This document shows positions 1 to 13,100 of a stretch of DNA of 64,000 nucleotides, piece by piece. Source of the DNA: Euglena gracilis. Lineage: Eukaryota. Both the position numbers and the translations under genes were made by a program. The DNA lies in the NCBI GenBank assembly GCA_039621445.1, contig CP154954.1:27330123-27394122 (forward strand), in the 5' to 3' direction. The notes below the pieces were generated by a model. That model saw nothing but the letters and a program-made list of their open reading frames with translations, had not been told where the DNA came from and ran no database searches. How positions within the stretch are numbered: position 1 is the first letter of the stretch; every line of letters starts with the position of its first letter.

Positions 1-699
1 CCCCCTTTCTTGTTCGGTCGACCTGCCTCCCGGTCCCCCCGAACACACAATCAAGGGGGGGACAATCATGGGGCACCAAGGGAAAAGTCAAGGCACGGCC
101 AAGACAAAGAACCTTCTGTCGGTGGTTCCCAGGGACAACTGGGGGGGGGGCAATGGGGGGTATTTCCAACTCTTCATTTGTCCCCACTGACTTTCCTTTG
201 TATCCGGTCGCTGAAGGACGACTGGCTGGTTTTTTTTTTGATTTGGTGGACGCCAATCGGGGAAAAAAAACGTGCGAACATTTAGGCAAAAATGGGCTCG
301 AAATTCGGCTGCCTCGCCCAAAATTTTTGGTTTTTTTTTCCATCCTTTCAGTTGTCATTATATATTAAAAATATTATTATTGCCATTCAAAATTCTGTAT
401 TTTTATCACATATTGGTATTGTTATTGTAATTTTATTATTATGTTATTTATGCATATAAACCTACATTAGATCTCAATTGGTTTTGTCTCAAGGAAGGAC
501 AACTGAATTGAGACCACCCACCACTCTCAGTCAGTCACCAGTCGGAAACCACCCCAGCAGTTACCCCCCTAAAACCCCGCCAGGATATGCACCATGGCGG
601 GGCGAACCCCCACCACTGGGGGTTGATGGATGGCCCGACCGAACCCTTTGGGCCGCCTCCCCCCCCCCCCCCGGGTCGTCCTCAGAAGCGCTGCCTTTT

Positions 700-3600
700 G
701 AAGGCCATGAAGGGCGTCCAGGGCCGCTTCGAAGAGTTCGAGCAGCGCATGGCCGCCCTGCGGCCCGGCTGCTTTGTGGGGGCGGGCCCACTGACGGGGC
801 CGGGGCCATTCCCTGCCGTGGGGGGGGGGTAGGACGGCCCAAGGTTGGCCTGGAGGGACCTCGCCCAACCTCCACCCACCGCGTTTCCAACCCGGGGTTC
901 CCTTAAGGTGGAGGGGACCCTACCCCCTGGGGGGGGTCCAGCCAAGCCAGCACCGTTTTTCCAGCCAGCACCTCCCAGCTTGGCTGTGGACCTCCCCCCT
1001 CCCCCGGGTCCGCTGAAACAAAGTTCGGGGAAGCCCGGCGAAGCCGGGCAGGACCGAATTTTTTTTGGCGTCACGCCAGAAATTTCGAGAATGCCCCAAA
1101 AGGCATTTTTGGGTCCTTTTTGGGGTTTTTGCCTCCAAATTTTGGCTGAGTAATGCCAACCTGGCTGCATTTGGGCTTTTCCGGACATTTTTTTGCGTAC
1201 CTGCCGAGTCCGGCTCCCAGCCGGCCGGAACCCCCACCCCACCCCTGGACCCCTACCCCCCAGTGGGGGGAGTCCAGTCAGCACCTTTTTTCCCAGCCAG
1301 CACCTTTTTCCAGCCGGCCCACAGGACCCCCCCACGCCCTTAAGAAAACACCTGTTCCCAACTGTGCCTGGCCGCAAAGGAGCCGGGGGGTAGCCGTTGA
1401 CGGCCGAGGAGCAGGAGCTGTATGAGGGGCAGGTGGCCATGGGCAGGGCAGGCTGAAGTGGGGGGGGGGGACAGTCGTCAGTCTGCTCTGAGGAAGGCTG
1501 AGAAGATGGACGACCTGACCAAGCAAGTGCAAGGTGCGCCATTGCAGTCCCGCCCACAGAACGGACAAGCTGTGCAGCCATACTCTCATCATAGCAGGGG
1601 TTTTTTTTCTTGGACCCCGGGGGGGAGGGGGGGTAGGGCAGGTGGGTCCGGCCGAGACCCCCCCCCGGGGGATATACTTTTTGGCGCCGAAATTTTTTGA
1701 AAAGGGTGCTATTTTTAGCATTTTTGCAATTTTTGGCCATTTTGGGGGAAATGTTGGTGGGTCCCCCCCCCCGACCTCTCCAGGCCCCCTCCCCTCAGTC
1801 TTAAAAAACCCCTGCATCATAATTTTGTCCCTTGCTCCAACGTTTTCTGATTTTTTTCTTTGCCTCTGCCAATGCGTTACTCATCTTCCTCCTCGGTGGC
1901 AACAGGACCGAAATGCTCCCCCCCCCCCCGGCTCTGATGCCAGAGGCTCCACAGAGGCAACCAATTTTGTTTGCAGGCATGTCTGAAAAAAAAAACCAGG
2001 ATAAAAATGTTTTACAGGCTGACCCCTTACACCCCTCCCCATTGCCCCCACATTAATGCCCAGAAGAGGAGTAATTTTATTTTGATTTTTCACCCCCAAC
2101 CCCCCTGCAAGAAAACGAAACAACGGGGAAAAAAGCATTTTGGGAGGGTTTCCGAACCCACCCCCACCCCCACAAAAAACCGATTTTTTTTTACATTTTG
2201 CTCCCATACCCCTTATATATACATATATATTATATACATTTATTATATATATGCATATAAATACATATATGTATATGACATATATATGCATATAAAATAC
2301 AAAAAAACTGATTTTTTACATTTTGCCCCCATACCCCCTATATATACATATACATTATATATACATACACACACACACACATCCTCTACATACATACATA
2401 TATCCTACATACATACATCCTCTATATACATACACAAACACAACCCTCTATATATATGTATATATATATATATATACATATACATTATGTATACATACAC
2501 ACACACACATCCTCTACATACATACATATATCCTACATACATACATCCTCTATATACATACACACACACACACCCTCTAAATATACATATGCATAAATAT
2601 ACATACACACACATAGCAGGTGGGAAGGGTATTAAACTTCCCACCGGGTGGGCACGGGTACCCTGGGGTTAGTGAGGGCATAGAGTTAAGGTGAGGACCG
2701 GCCCTCCGGGGGTTCACCCGCGCGCGCGACGCCCATCCTTTCCCGGGGCCTCGACCGGCGCTATTCCCAAACCCGGCAGACAGGCAGGGGGAAAAAAAGA
2801 CAAAGGCCACCGAACGGGCCTCCCTCACAAGGGATTTGGCCCTCCCGACCTGTTCGGGTGACCCCAGACGGGCTGGTTTTCGATTTCGCCCAGCGGTCAG
2901 GCCGGCAGGATTGATCGGTGGCCCAGGAGGGGATGCGCGTCGCGGCGCGCATCGCGGGCGAACCCTGGCGGGCCGGTCCTCACCCTAACCCTACGCCCTC
3001 ACTAACCCCAGCGTACCTGTGCCCAACCCGTTGGGAAGTTTAAAAACCCCCCGTGGGGTTTAAACTTCCCACCTGCCATATGTGTGTGTGTGTGTAATTT
3101 GTTTTTACTCTGACATCACCCATATCTCCACGAAAGAAGAAAACATTTTTTTCCTCTCGCCCCCCCCCCCACATCCCCCGTTTGCCGCAAAAAATGCCAT
3201 GTCCGCCTGATGTGGCACAGACCGTTCACCCTTTGCTATTTACGCCATGCTGCCAAACTTGTTCCAAACCATTTATCCATTTGCCACAAAACGTCATGTC
3301 TCCCACCGCCCCCCCCCCAGCACATCCAGAGGGATGCCACTTTGTATTTAACGTGGCCTTTTTTGGCAACATGACATCCATGCTGACATTCAGTTTGCCT
3401 ACCACCTCCCCCCCAAGGCAACTGTTGGTTCACCTGGCTGGCCATGCGCTCTACTGCAATCCCAGTTGGATCAAAAGTTGAGACAAAACTCAGCGGGATC
3501 ACAATTTTGGGGACAATTCTGGCCTCTGGATATTTTGGGTCAACTCTGGCTGAATATCTTTCATTTTCGGTTTGGTTTTAAGCTCTATGTTGCTTTCCAA

Positions 3601-5971
3601 AATTTGTGAATTTTTTTGCATCCTCTCTGTGAACTGGAAGAAATGGGCAGAAAATGGCCTGACAGGTTCGGAAGCGGATGCTCTGCCACCGGGCTGCTGT
3701 TGCCGTGTTTGACATTGAAAAATGTTCCCAGTGAATCTTCCAAAGTTTTTTTGCATTAGCACACCCAGTGTGAGAAACATTTTTACATTTTTTCCCTTCC
3801 AGCCTTTGCATTTTGCTGAGATATTTTTAATTTCTGTTGATTTGGGGGGCGAAAGTCGGAGAAATGGCTCGAAGGAGAATTGGCCAGGACAAATTATGAT
3901 CAAAAAATTTTTTTTGCATTTTGGTTCTTGGTGATTTTTTTTTCAGTTTCTATTTTTTTGTTCCCGGTTCAACCCCTAGCTTGGGCCCAGTTCCAGCCAG
4001 GGGTTTTTTTTGGTCTTGATCCCCAGGGGGGGGGAGGGGGAGGGGCGGGTAGGGTGGGTGGTTCCGGCCGGACCCGGGGGGGGGGGGGGGGGTTACCTTT
4101 TTGGCTGGTGGGTGCACGGTGCCGAAGGCGCCGGGTTTTTTTTTTTTGACCGGCGCCAAAAGTGCCGAAATTTTTTTGCTGGCAGACCTCCCCCCAATGG
4201 GGTCCATTGGCTGGAACCAGGGTTTTTTTTAACACCGTGGGGGAGGGGGTCCCCCCACCCAACCCTGCGGGGGCCCCTGCAGGGTTGGGTGGGGGGACCC
4301 GGGGAACCCTCTTTGGGGGGGGGAGTGCGAATGCCCAAATGCTTTAGTGAACTCCCCAGCTTACACACCCTGGCTGCCATCACTTTTTTTTTGTCCAGCA
4401 CAGCAGCACCTTTCTTCAGCTGGCCGGCGCCCCTCTCTGCCCCCCCCTCTGGTTCCTTCAGAAAATTCTTGTTTTATGCTATGTTTGCTGTGTTGCAGCA
4501 TTGCAAACTGTTTTTGCCGCAGTGCTTCTGGATTCGGGGAAGGTGAGCAAGGCCGAGGCGGCCCTCCTCTTGACGGAGCTGACGGAAAAGGTCTCCTTCA
4601 ATTGCGCAAACCTGCGTGCACTGGACTTCGACCACACCCCTTGACTTTCCTACCTCATGAAAGATTCTTTTCAGCCCCACCACGGGGGGGGGGCTTTGTT
4701 GCAGCCAGCCCCAACTTTGGCCCACCTGCACCGTGGGGCACCTGTACCCCCGCTGCTGCCCCCCCCAGCGACCAGCCCAAATCTCTTGCTCCTGGGGTCA
4801 TCAAAGAGTTGGATGCAAGGGGCTGAGGAAGTCTGCTGTTTCATCCATCAAAAGCGACGGATGAAGTTTTCCAACATTCCCAACATTCTCTTAGTGAAGA
4901 ATGGAGGTTGCCTCAGTGGGTTGCAGGATCCAGAGTTTGGTGGTTGGCCCAATGTGGGAGGGCAAATGGGGAGGTGGCAGAAATGCGCATTTATCTTTGT
5001 GATGCCAACTCCGCGACCCCCAAGCCGACAACTCCCCCCGTCAGAAAACCGCCCCGGCCCAACCCCAAATGGCTGCCCTCCCCCTGATCCCCGGGAGGAC
5101 ACACGCGGGGTGGTGGTTTGGCAGCGCTCTCCCCATCCCACTCCCCTCCACCCGCCGCCCGGCTGCGCGGCGACCTCCCAAAGCCGCCGAGCCCCCCCCC
5201 CCCCCCGCCTGTCGCTGGGGCCAGCCTCGCCTTTCCCCTCCGCAGCTGAAGAAGGCGGAGAAGGCCATCAAGGATGCGGAGGCGGAGGGTAAGAAGACGA
5301 CCAAGCTGGAGGCCCAGCGGGAGGCGCTCGCCGCCCAGCTGGAGAAGCTGAGGGGGGCGACCCCGATCACGTACAAGAAGAAGAACGAAAAGGTGGGATT
5401 GGCGGTCGCCCGCCCGGGATGGGGGGGGGGGGGCGGCGCAGACCGGACCGTCTTTCCTGTTCCATTGGCGTGCCTGCGAAACCATCTGTCATTGTTATTC
5501 CAGTGAGCTGTTGTGGGTCCCCCCACCCTGGCGTCCTGCCACGATATCTTCGTCGATAGCCCATCTTGCTCCGCAGGAGATTGTCGAACTGAAAGAAAAG
5601 ATTGAGCGCATGCGGGAGCAGTTGACCCCCCTCAACGCCGCCCAGCGCTGCTGCAGTCGCTGCTCGGTTCTCCAAAGCAGATCCGGCAGCTTTTGAAGCC
5701 CTGCGGATCTTCTGGGGCCAACCTCCTTGACTGGACAACAGAACAGTTTAGGGGGAAGAGTCTTGAATATGTTTCTTGTCTCTCGCCTATTTGTTATTCT
5801 TTTTTCATTTTTTTTAGAGGGGACGGTTCTGAAGGTTTTCTCAGCAGTGCTGCAGCCATCCAGGATGCGGAAGCCAAGATGGAGCGGCTGAAACAGGAAC
5901 AGGAGGGCTGGTATTGGGCCGCTGTGGCAAGGGAGGACAAGGTCAGTTCGCTGCCAAAGAAGAAGAAGTAA
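700..5971 (+). CDS. 3' part of a spliced gene for a K/E/A-rich coiled-coil protein of unknown function; the 5' end lies upstream of the window
   Basis: Exons at ~700-762, ~1491-1533, 4523-4590, 5246-5392, 5577-5639 and 5858-5971 join in frame: KAMKGVQGRFEEFEQRMAALR / KAEKMDDLTKQVQ / VLLDSGKVSKAEAALLLTELTEK / LKKAEKAIKDAEAEGKKTTKLEAQREALAAQLEKLRGATPITYKKKNEK / EIVELKEKIERMREQLTPLNA / IQDAEAKMERLKQEQEGWYWAAVAREDKVSSLPKKKK*. Three introns are GT-AG and one is stem-type (5640-5857). The first junction is ambiguous. Confidence 0.75.
892..1354. mobile_element. MITE with CCAGCCAGCACC internal motifs (hAT-like)
   Basis: Imperfect TIR (..CCTTAAGG / CCTTAAG..CCTG) and TSD TTTCCAAC/TTCCCAAC. Confidence 0.65.
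1595..1814. mobile_element. hAT-like MITE (CAGGGGTTTTTT...AAAAAACCCCTG)
   Basis: TIR plus TSD CATCATAG/CATCATAA. Same family as 26632-26892 and the fragment at 34852-34900. Confidence 0.8.
2212..2614. repeat. TA/CA-rich low-complexity tract with an internal ~75-bp duplication
   Basis: ACACATCCTCTACATACATACATATATCCTACATACATACATCCTCTATATACATACAC occurs twice (~2377 and ~2505). Confidence 0.8.
2615..3078. mobile_element. Foldback/MITE with long imperfect inverted repeats
   Basis: GCAGGTGGGAAG...GGTGAGGACCGGCC (2616-2703) mirrors GGCCGGTCCTCACC...CTTCCCACCTGC (2971-3076). It is flanked by (CA)n and (TG)n. Confidence 0.7.
5640..5857 (+). other. Nonconventional (stem-type) intron
   Basis: 5' gcc-CAGCGCTGCTG pairs with CAGCAGTGCTG-cagcc|A (11 bp, one G:U). 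There is no GT-AG. Removal restores LNA|IQD in frame. Confidence 0.8.
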
Positions 5972-7473
5972 CCCTTTGCTGTCCTTCTGACCATGCCCTC
6001 CTGAACACATTCATCACAACCCACGCTCCATTTCTGCATTGATTCTAGTGAGCCATTATTTCGTCTACCAAATGCAGATGCATAAGTGGCTTTTTCTTTT
6101 TATGGTAATTTAAAGGTATTAAGCGAAAAAATGTGGGTAATGGTTTTCACTTATTTTTGAAACCTTTTCAGCTAAATTTTTTCTTCAAGCCATAGGTGAA
6201 ATGCTCACAGCCATCCAGCTGTTTTGGCCCGGGTTTTCATTTTTGATTCGAGATTTCAGAGCAGTCGCCACTGGCGTTTGGTATTTATTCCTTTTGACAT
6301 GAATTTGGATGAACCAAACCAAACCAAGCGTCATTTTTGCTCATCATAGAATATGATAATGTTCAAAATCAGGGGAACCTTGCAATACCGTCCAGAAAAC
6401 CATTTTTAGCCATCCTCGATCACTCCCCATCCAATATAATCATTTTTTTTGTTGAAAAATGGAGTGCAAAAATTCGAAGCATTCCTATATCCCCCCCCCT
6501 TGTCGTTGACACAGTGTGTCGTTGACACCCAACAGCACTTTTCTGGAACATTGTTTTCTCCTTCGCGTTGGCCACAGTTTCTAAGGAAATCAGCCAAGAC
6601 ACTTCAAAATGTGTCGGATCTTCTTCCCACCCATGGCTTCAAATGCTATCCCCTGTGAATTTGGTGATTTGGTGCAATATGAGACAGGTCCAAAGGTACA
6701 GCAGTGGATTCCAATTGTTGCTGGTGCGGTCTGTTTTTTTTATGGTGCCGTTCCGTTGACACAGCGCGTCGTTGACACCCCCCCCACTTTCCTGGAACAT
6801 TGGCGTGTCCATGATAAGGGGAGGGGGAGGTATTTTTTATTCTCATTATTTTCCCTCCAACGTGCTTTATTTCCCTTCCTTCCCCCCCCAGCACAATTTC
6901 TGCCGATATACCTCACTGTAATGATATGTTGTTCTGGAAAATTTAATCAACAATACCAATTTTTTTTGACCCAGAACACCGATGTTAAGTGCCGTCCACC
7001 GGCTCACTCCAATCTGTCACCGCTGTTGGGCTTCGCACTCATGGAGGAGTCCACCCGCCGCGTCAGTTTCTGTCTTTGCCTTTGGCGGGACACCCATGCC
7101 TGAGGTGCCCTGTGAGAGCCTGGCAGGGGCTCTTATGGCCCGCATCCACCCTCAACAACAAAACTGAATGTCATCTTCCAGCGTTTGTGCGTTCTTGCAA
7201 GGAAGCCGCACAAATCTTGTGTCTGGGATGTCGGAGTGGTGAGGTGGGCTTGGATTCAAAGAGAAGGGAGGGTGGCGACACACCTCTAACACACCAGAAT
7301 GCAGTTTCGCTTGGGGATTGAGGGCTGGCTGGAACACTGATGCCCACTGACCTCTGTGGGCTGGTCTTGGGGGAACTGGGTCTGGTGTCAGGTCTGGGAA
7401 AATGGAACCCCCCCCCAAGGGCTTGGGAATCGGTTGGAAAAGGTATCGGAAAAATGGTCAGCCCATTCTCACC

Positions 7474-8506
7474 CAGACATCCATTTAGTGTGGTACACCA
7501 ACGTTGTCATTTTGTGGTTCACGGTGGACACCAAGAGCTCTTTTGTGGTTCACATATGGACACCAAAAAATTTTTGTGGTTCACCTGTGGACACCAAAAA
7601 CATATTTGTGGTTCACATGTATGTGGACACCAAAAATTTTGGTCAAAAATCGATTTTTCTAAAATTTCTCGAAAATGATGGAGAGCCAAAGGAAACGTCC
7701 GGCGACCTGAACTGACGCCCTTTGAAGCCCTATCTGAGGGTATTTTGATTTCCCTGCAACTCCCCGCCCAGCCCGAGTTACGACCATTTTTCGGCCAATT
7801 TGGGCCGTTTTGTACAGTTTTGGGCTGTTTTGATTTGGCCATTTTTGGCTATTTTTGGGTTAAAAGGTCGAAAAAATTCAAAAAAAATCGAAAGAATTTT
7901 TGCCCGAAACGATGTTTCCCGGACCCGGAAAAACGATTTTTGAGCCAAAAATGAGCGGTTTTCGACCCCCCGTCCCCCCATGCCCGGAACCCATGCATTT
8001 GGGTGCAAATTTTTATATCGAGCCTCGGGAGGGTTCTAAAATACACACCCGGCGCGAAGCACCGGAAGTTTTTTTTTGCCCTCGTAGAGGAGGGGGTGGG
8101 GGGACCCCCTTCTGAAATAGGGGGGGTGGGGGACGAGGTTTGAGTAGTGCTGTCCTCTTAATGGGACTTTCACGTGGCCGAAAAGACTGGCATTGCAAAT
8201 TTCGCACAAATTATGATTTACAAATTACACACCTGCAATTTACGGTTACTTACAGTAATTTGAAAGGCTAAGAGGTCAGCTTTTAGTTGTAAAGCTTAAT
8301 TTTTTTTTTCGATCCTCAATCAAGTTTTGTGGGCAACGAAATTTCTTGTGGACACCAAAATTTTTTTGTGGTTCACCTGTGGACACCAAAAATAATTTTG
8401 TGGTTCACATGTGGACATCAAAGTTTTTTTTGTGGTGCACCTGTGGACACCAAAAAAAAATTTGTGGTTCGCACATCTTTTGTGAACCACACTGAATGAA
8501 TGTCTG
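7474..8506. mobile_element. Non-autonomous hAT-like element, family A copy 1 (foreign interior)
   Basis: TIR CAGACAT(C/T)CATT(T/C)AGTGTGGT, perfect 8-bp TSD TTCTCACC (7466-7473 / 8507-8514), and subterminal ~30-bp repeats TGTGGTTCACCTGTGGACACCAAAA. Confidence 0.9.
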
Positions 8507-8626
8507 TTCTCACCCCATTTTGGCAGCCTCAAAGCTGAAAATATGATATTTGGCTGGATTTTTTGTGAGAAAGTCTGGAAAAAAATTTTAAATTAATTTG
8601 GCATCATATGAAAAAGGAATTTGAAT

Positions 8627-8912
8627 GGCAGCCATACTCTAAATGGACCCCCCCCCGAGGGGGGTCCATTTAGAGTGTCCAGGGGGTCAAAATAGTTTTT
8701 TTGCGTTAATGATGGAATAGGGTTAGGTGCACGACTTAGGGTTAGGGTTAGGCCTAACTTACAGATGGGTGTTAGGTGTACAAGTTAGGCCTAACCCTAA
8801 GCCTAAGTCACGCACCTAACCCTATTCCATCATTAACGCAAAAAAAAATGGACCCCCTGGACACTCTAAATGGACCCCCCCCGAGGGGGGGTCCATTTAG
8901 AGTATGGCTGCC
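8627..8912. mobile_element. Near-palindromic MITE with GG...CC termini and an 8-bp TSD (Merlin-like by terminal pattern)
   Basis: TIR GGCAGCCATACTCTAAATGGACCCCCC and TSD ATTTGAAT (8619-8626 / 8913-8920). The arms contain TTAGGG/CCCTAA units. Confidence 0.85.
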
Positions 8913-10139
8913 ATTTGAATATCGTATATGACACCACTCATTGGAAGCCTCACCACACAATTCAAACCCAAATCTGAAGCTCAAAAAATGCACAGAAATG
9001 CGGGACAAATGCGCAAAAAAGCACACATTTTTTTGAATAATATGGGCAAAAACGACGTGGAGAAATTTGGTGGCATCGGCCAAAATGGCAATGTTCGGCA
9101 GGATTTTGTTCCGTCGATTTTTTTTTCATACCATTTTTTTTGGCAGCCAATTCCCCCCCACTGTAAACGGCTGTCGGGGTAAAAGGCTGTCGGGGGGGGG
9201 GGGGGGGGGGGCGCCGCATCCAACCCCAAACACCATCATAACGTCAAACCTGGCTGACATGCTACGCAAAGCTGAAAGCAAAAAAAAAATCAGCACAAAC
9301 AAAGCATCTCCATCAGAGCATGAACAAATCATCTTCACACCAAAAGCGGAGAGATTATCACATCAAAAAGGTTTTATTCCGAGACGTCTTGTTGGAGCCA
9401 GGCCTGGCCCCTCTCTTGTAAGGGACAAGAACTCCCTGCCTCAAAACCACCCAAATAACCAAAGGGCAATGGATATTTCAAAACATGCGACATTGCAACA
9501 GTCCCTGCGGTACCCAATGCAACATTTTGCCCAAAAAATAAAAATAATAAAGTTATTTCTTTCCCCTGAGGTCATATACTGGCCAAGGTGGGGATCAGGC
9601 GTCTCTCCCATTTTCTGTTGTCATACAGGGTCCTGGGTCTCGCTTAGATGAAAAAGACCCCACCCCGGGGCCAGCCAGCCAGCAGTTTTTTTCTTCGGCC
9701 GCTGGAAAGGCAGCTGGAAAATTACAGACTGGCCGTGACCGCCAAATTTTTCCCACCAATTTTCTCGCCTCCAATTTATTTGACAACAACCCCCCCCCCC
9801 CCGTAACCAAAATTACTCTCGGCATTTTTGGGGTCAAATATTGCCTCCCAAGAACAACCAAGAAGGATAACCTCACTTTTTTTGGAAAAAAGTGCCAGAA
9901 AGGAATTTGACCTTTTAGGGGGGAATACCATGAGATCGATTGGACCGCCTGTCAAGGAGTCCAACACCCCTGACCAGGGAGGGTCGGGGCCCCCTTGGCC
10001 AGACCAACCCACCTACCCCCCTATCGTCGCCGACATGCCTCCAAGATCCCAATCCCTGGCTCTCTGCGTGCAGGTTTCTTGGTTGACCCGGGGGCCCGCC
10101 CGAATCCCAGCGCCCCCTGCGCTGCCGTCATGACGCGGG

Positions 10140-13100
10140 ATGCCGCCCCGGGGGCTGGCCGTTGCCGCGCTCCCCCTCGAGCAGGGCCCCGGGTTTGCGT
10201 GACCTCAAAAGGGAAACGTTTCCGTGAAAGTGCCGACGTGCCCCGTTTCAAGTTGGCGTGCACGCGACTCACCCGCGCCTGCATTTCTTTTAGCCACCCA
10301 CTGACGACAACGGGCCGTTGTCCCCGCGTCCCTGCCCGCTGCCCTCTGCTGCCTGGCGCTCTTCCTCGCATCCCTCCCCTCCTCGGATGACGGCGTGTGC
10401 TTTGCCGGCCCCCACGCGTCCCCATTGGCGTCCTTTGATTTGAAAGCCCTGCGTAAAAGGGTCCACCCTCTCCAAAAGACCCCCCCCCCCTCTCCAGGGT
10501 TTGGCAGTGCAGCCCACCGCCCTGTTGCCGAGTCTGCTGTTGGCCTCAAGCTCCGTCCGGAGACGCCCAGCAATGCCTCCACAGGGAGGGCGGCCCCCAA
10601 CGGTTCCCCAAACCAGGCCCGCCCAAAGCCAGTGCCCCCCCCCCACCCGGGCACCCCAACGCCAACTCCCCTCCCCAGCACGTGTTGTGTGTTCCCTGGC
10701 TGGTGCGGGCTGGAGACCAAAGAACCTCTCACCCGCCGGGCGAGCCTGCCCAGGAGTCCTTGGCACATCGCTGGCCGCCGTTTGTGCTGGGCAATGTGTC
10801 GTGGGACGGCGTTGGTATGCCGCCTCCACCCGTCCAGATGGGGAGTTCGGCTTCCCCGACAACCCCCTTTTTCCTTCGACGCTTTCGGCGCCGGTGATGT
10901 TTTCTTGCGACATGTCATAGTTGGTGAGGGAGTGATCCAGCTTCCTTCCCACCTCCCGGGCGGGTGTCGACGAAGCCCTCCCGCACAGCACTGCCCTTGG
11001 GCCAGAATGATGTGTGGGTAGCAAGGGTGTTGCTGATGCCGACTTCTGAAGCGAACTTCGGAATTGCAAACTTATCCTGGGGCCAGGATTCTTTTTTTTG
11101 GTATGGGCTGCCCCCCCCCCATTTGGGCTTTGAGGAGGGGCAGCCAGCATTTTTTTTGCAGGCAGCCCACATTTTTCAGCTTCAAGCTTTACCTCTCGGG
11201 GGTTTTTAGCGAAACCCGGAAGCCCTGCTGATGGCTTTTGTGTGTGTCTTCCTGCATACCTGGCAGTGCCCAAATAATTTGGCGGGGGGGGGGGCAAGCC
11301 AAAAAAAATGGTTCCAGTAACCTGGCACCCCTCTTTCAGGCAAAAGTCTTACAACACTGAAAGAAGGGGAAGGTGAAAAGATGGCTCCAGTGATTTGGCG
11401 CCCCGCCGGGTTGCTTGGGGTGGGGTTTACATGTGCCACATCATCGCAGGTCTTGCGCCATGGTTGACCAGAACTGGGCAAACGTTACCTGGCACAGTGG
11501 AGGCTCAGGCCTCCATATTCCTTCACCAAAACCCTCGCATATGCAATTGTCGCCGGCAGAGGTTTTTTGTGTTCCAATGATTTCTGTGCTATGCAGTCCA
11601 GTGTGTTCATCAGTCGTCGTTTTTTTCTTCTCCCCCTACCAGGTGAGCAATGCTAACTGTAGTGCATTTTTCAACATCACACTCTCTTGCTGATGTGTTG
11701 GTCAGGAGAAGAATTCTTCCGGGGGAGGGGGGGGGGGCAACGCGGGTCAGTTCTCGGCACGGGAATTCCGCTGACTGCTGAACCAGGGCCTCGGGGCCGA
11801 GGTGCACCTGATCTCTTGGGCGTTGGGGATGGCCATGCAGGAGGGCCTCATTTTGCAGCTCAGCCACTCAGAATGGGTGTGCATCGAAAGGGTTTGTGCT
11901 GACCACGGATTTGTTGCCTCTCTCTTCATTTATTATTATTGAGTTTTTTTTTTACTGATTGCATGCTGACCAGGCTTTTGCTTAAGGGATTGCAGTACCC
12001 CCCCCCCCCCCCCGTGGGGGCTGGACTGCAGCTAGTCCAAATTTGGCTAGTGGGATTTCTAGCTAGCTAGTGGATTTTTTTTTTCCAGTGACCGGCGCGA
12101 AGCGCCGAAAATTTTTTTGGACCCCCAAAATGGCCAAAAATGCCCGTTTTTGGCCATTTTTGGGATTTTTGTGGAACAAAATCAGCCAAACCCCTATTAA
12201 TAACCTCATTTCCACCTCGGCGCGCAGTGCCAGAGGAAAATTCTTTCAAGTTCGGGGGACCCCCGGACCCCCCCCCCCCCGAGGGGGGTCTAGCTAGTCC
12301 ACTTTTTCCAGTGTCTAGCCGATTGGTATAGTCCTTAAGCAAAAGCCTGATGCTGACACATCCATAGAGAGACAAATTGTGATCGTTCAAGTTGGACAAG
12401 GCAAGGCTCACCCCCCCCCCCAAATTACACCCTCCGGTGTGTTATTTTGGCGCCCGAGCTGGGGTCCCGGGGGGGGTTGTTATTTGGGGGTTATTTTTAC
12501 ATAGAAAACCAAAGGAAAACAGGGGGGTCATTTGGGCGTTCGAAATCGGCCCCCGAGGGGGCTGTGTTATTTGGGGGGGGGGCGTTATTTGGGAGGCTGT
12601 TATTTGGGGGTGTTTAACTGCCCATCTAGTGTTTTGGGGGGGGGGCAATATAGCCTGAAACAATTGAAGTCTTGGCTCCTTTTTTTTTGAAACAGTTCGA
12701 CAATCACCATGCATGTTTCGAAAGAGGTTGTTTTGAGAACCAATTTTTGTGGTTCTATCGGCAGGAAGGGGAGGGAGGCATTTTCGAACGAACCCCCAGT
12801 CTGAGGTGACTAATGAGATAGCACTCAATTTGGTGCAGCAGGCAAAATGGCCATGTCTGGTTCGAACCCAACCAAACCAAAAAATCCACTCTGTCTTTGA
12901 AAGGATGTCACAGTCGGTACACGTTATAGTCAGGCACCCCACGTTCTGGTTAGAGGTTCAGTCAGCAATCTTCCCCGATGTTAACCTTCATGGTTCAATA
13001 TTTGTGTCTGGAGTGCCTCATCTTACCTCTTTCAGAGGTGCTAAGTTCAGTTGGTTATAAATTGTTTGCCTCTTCTCCGTCTTCTATGTCTGCTCTTCAG

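Noticed and set aside
682-1740. 352-aa minus-strand ORF (similarly 10290-11297 and 13684-14829)
   Set aside because: They run antisense across exons and MITEs, are G/P-rich from homopolymer tracts, and show no recognisable domain.
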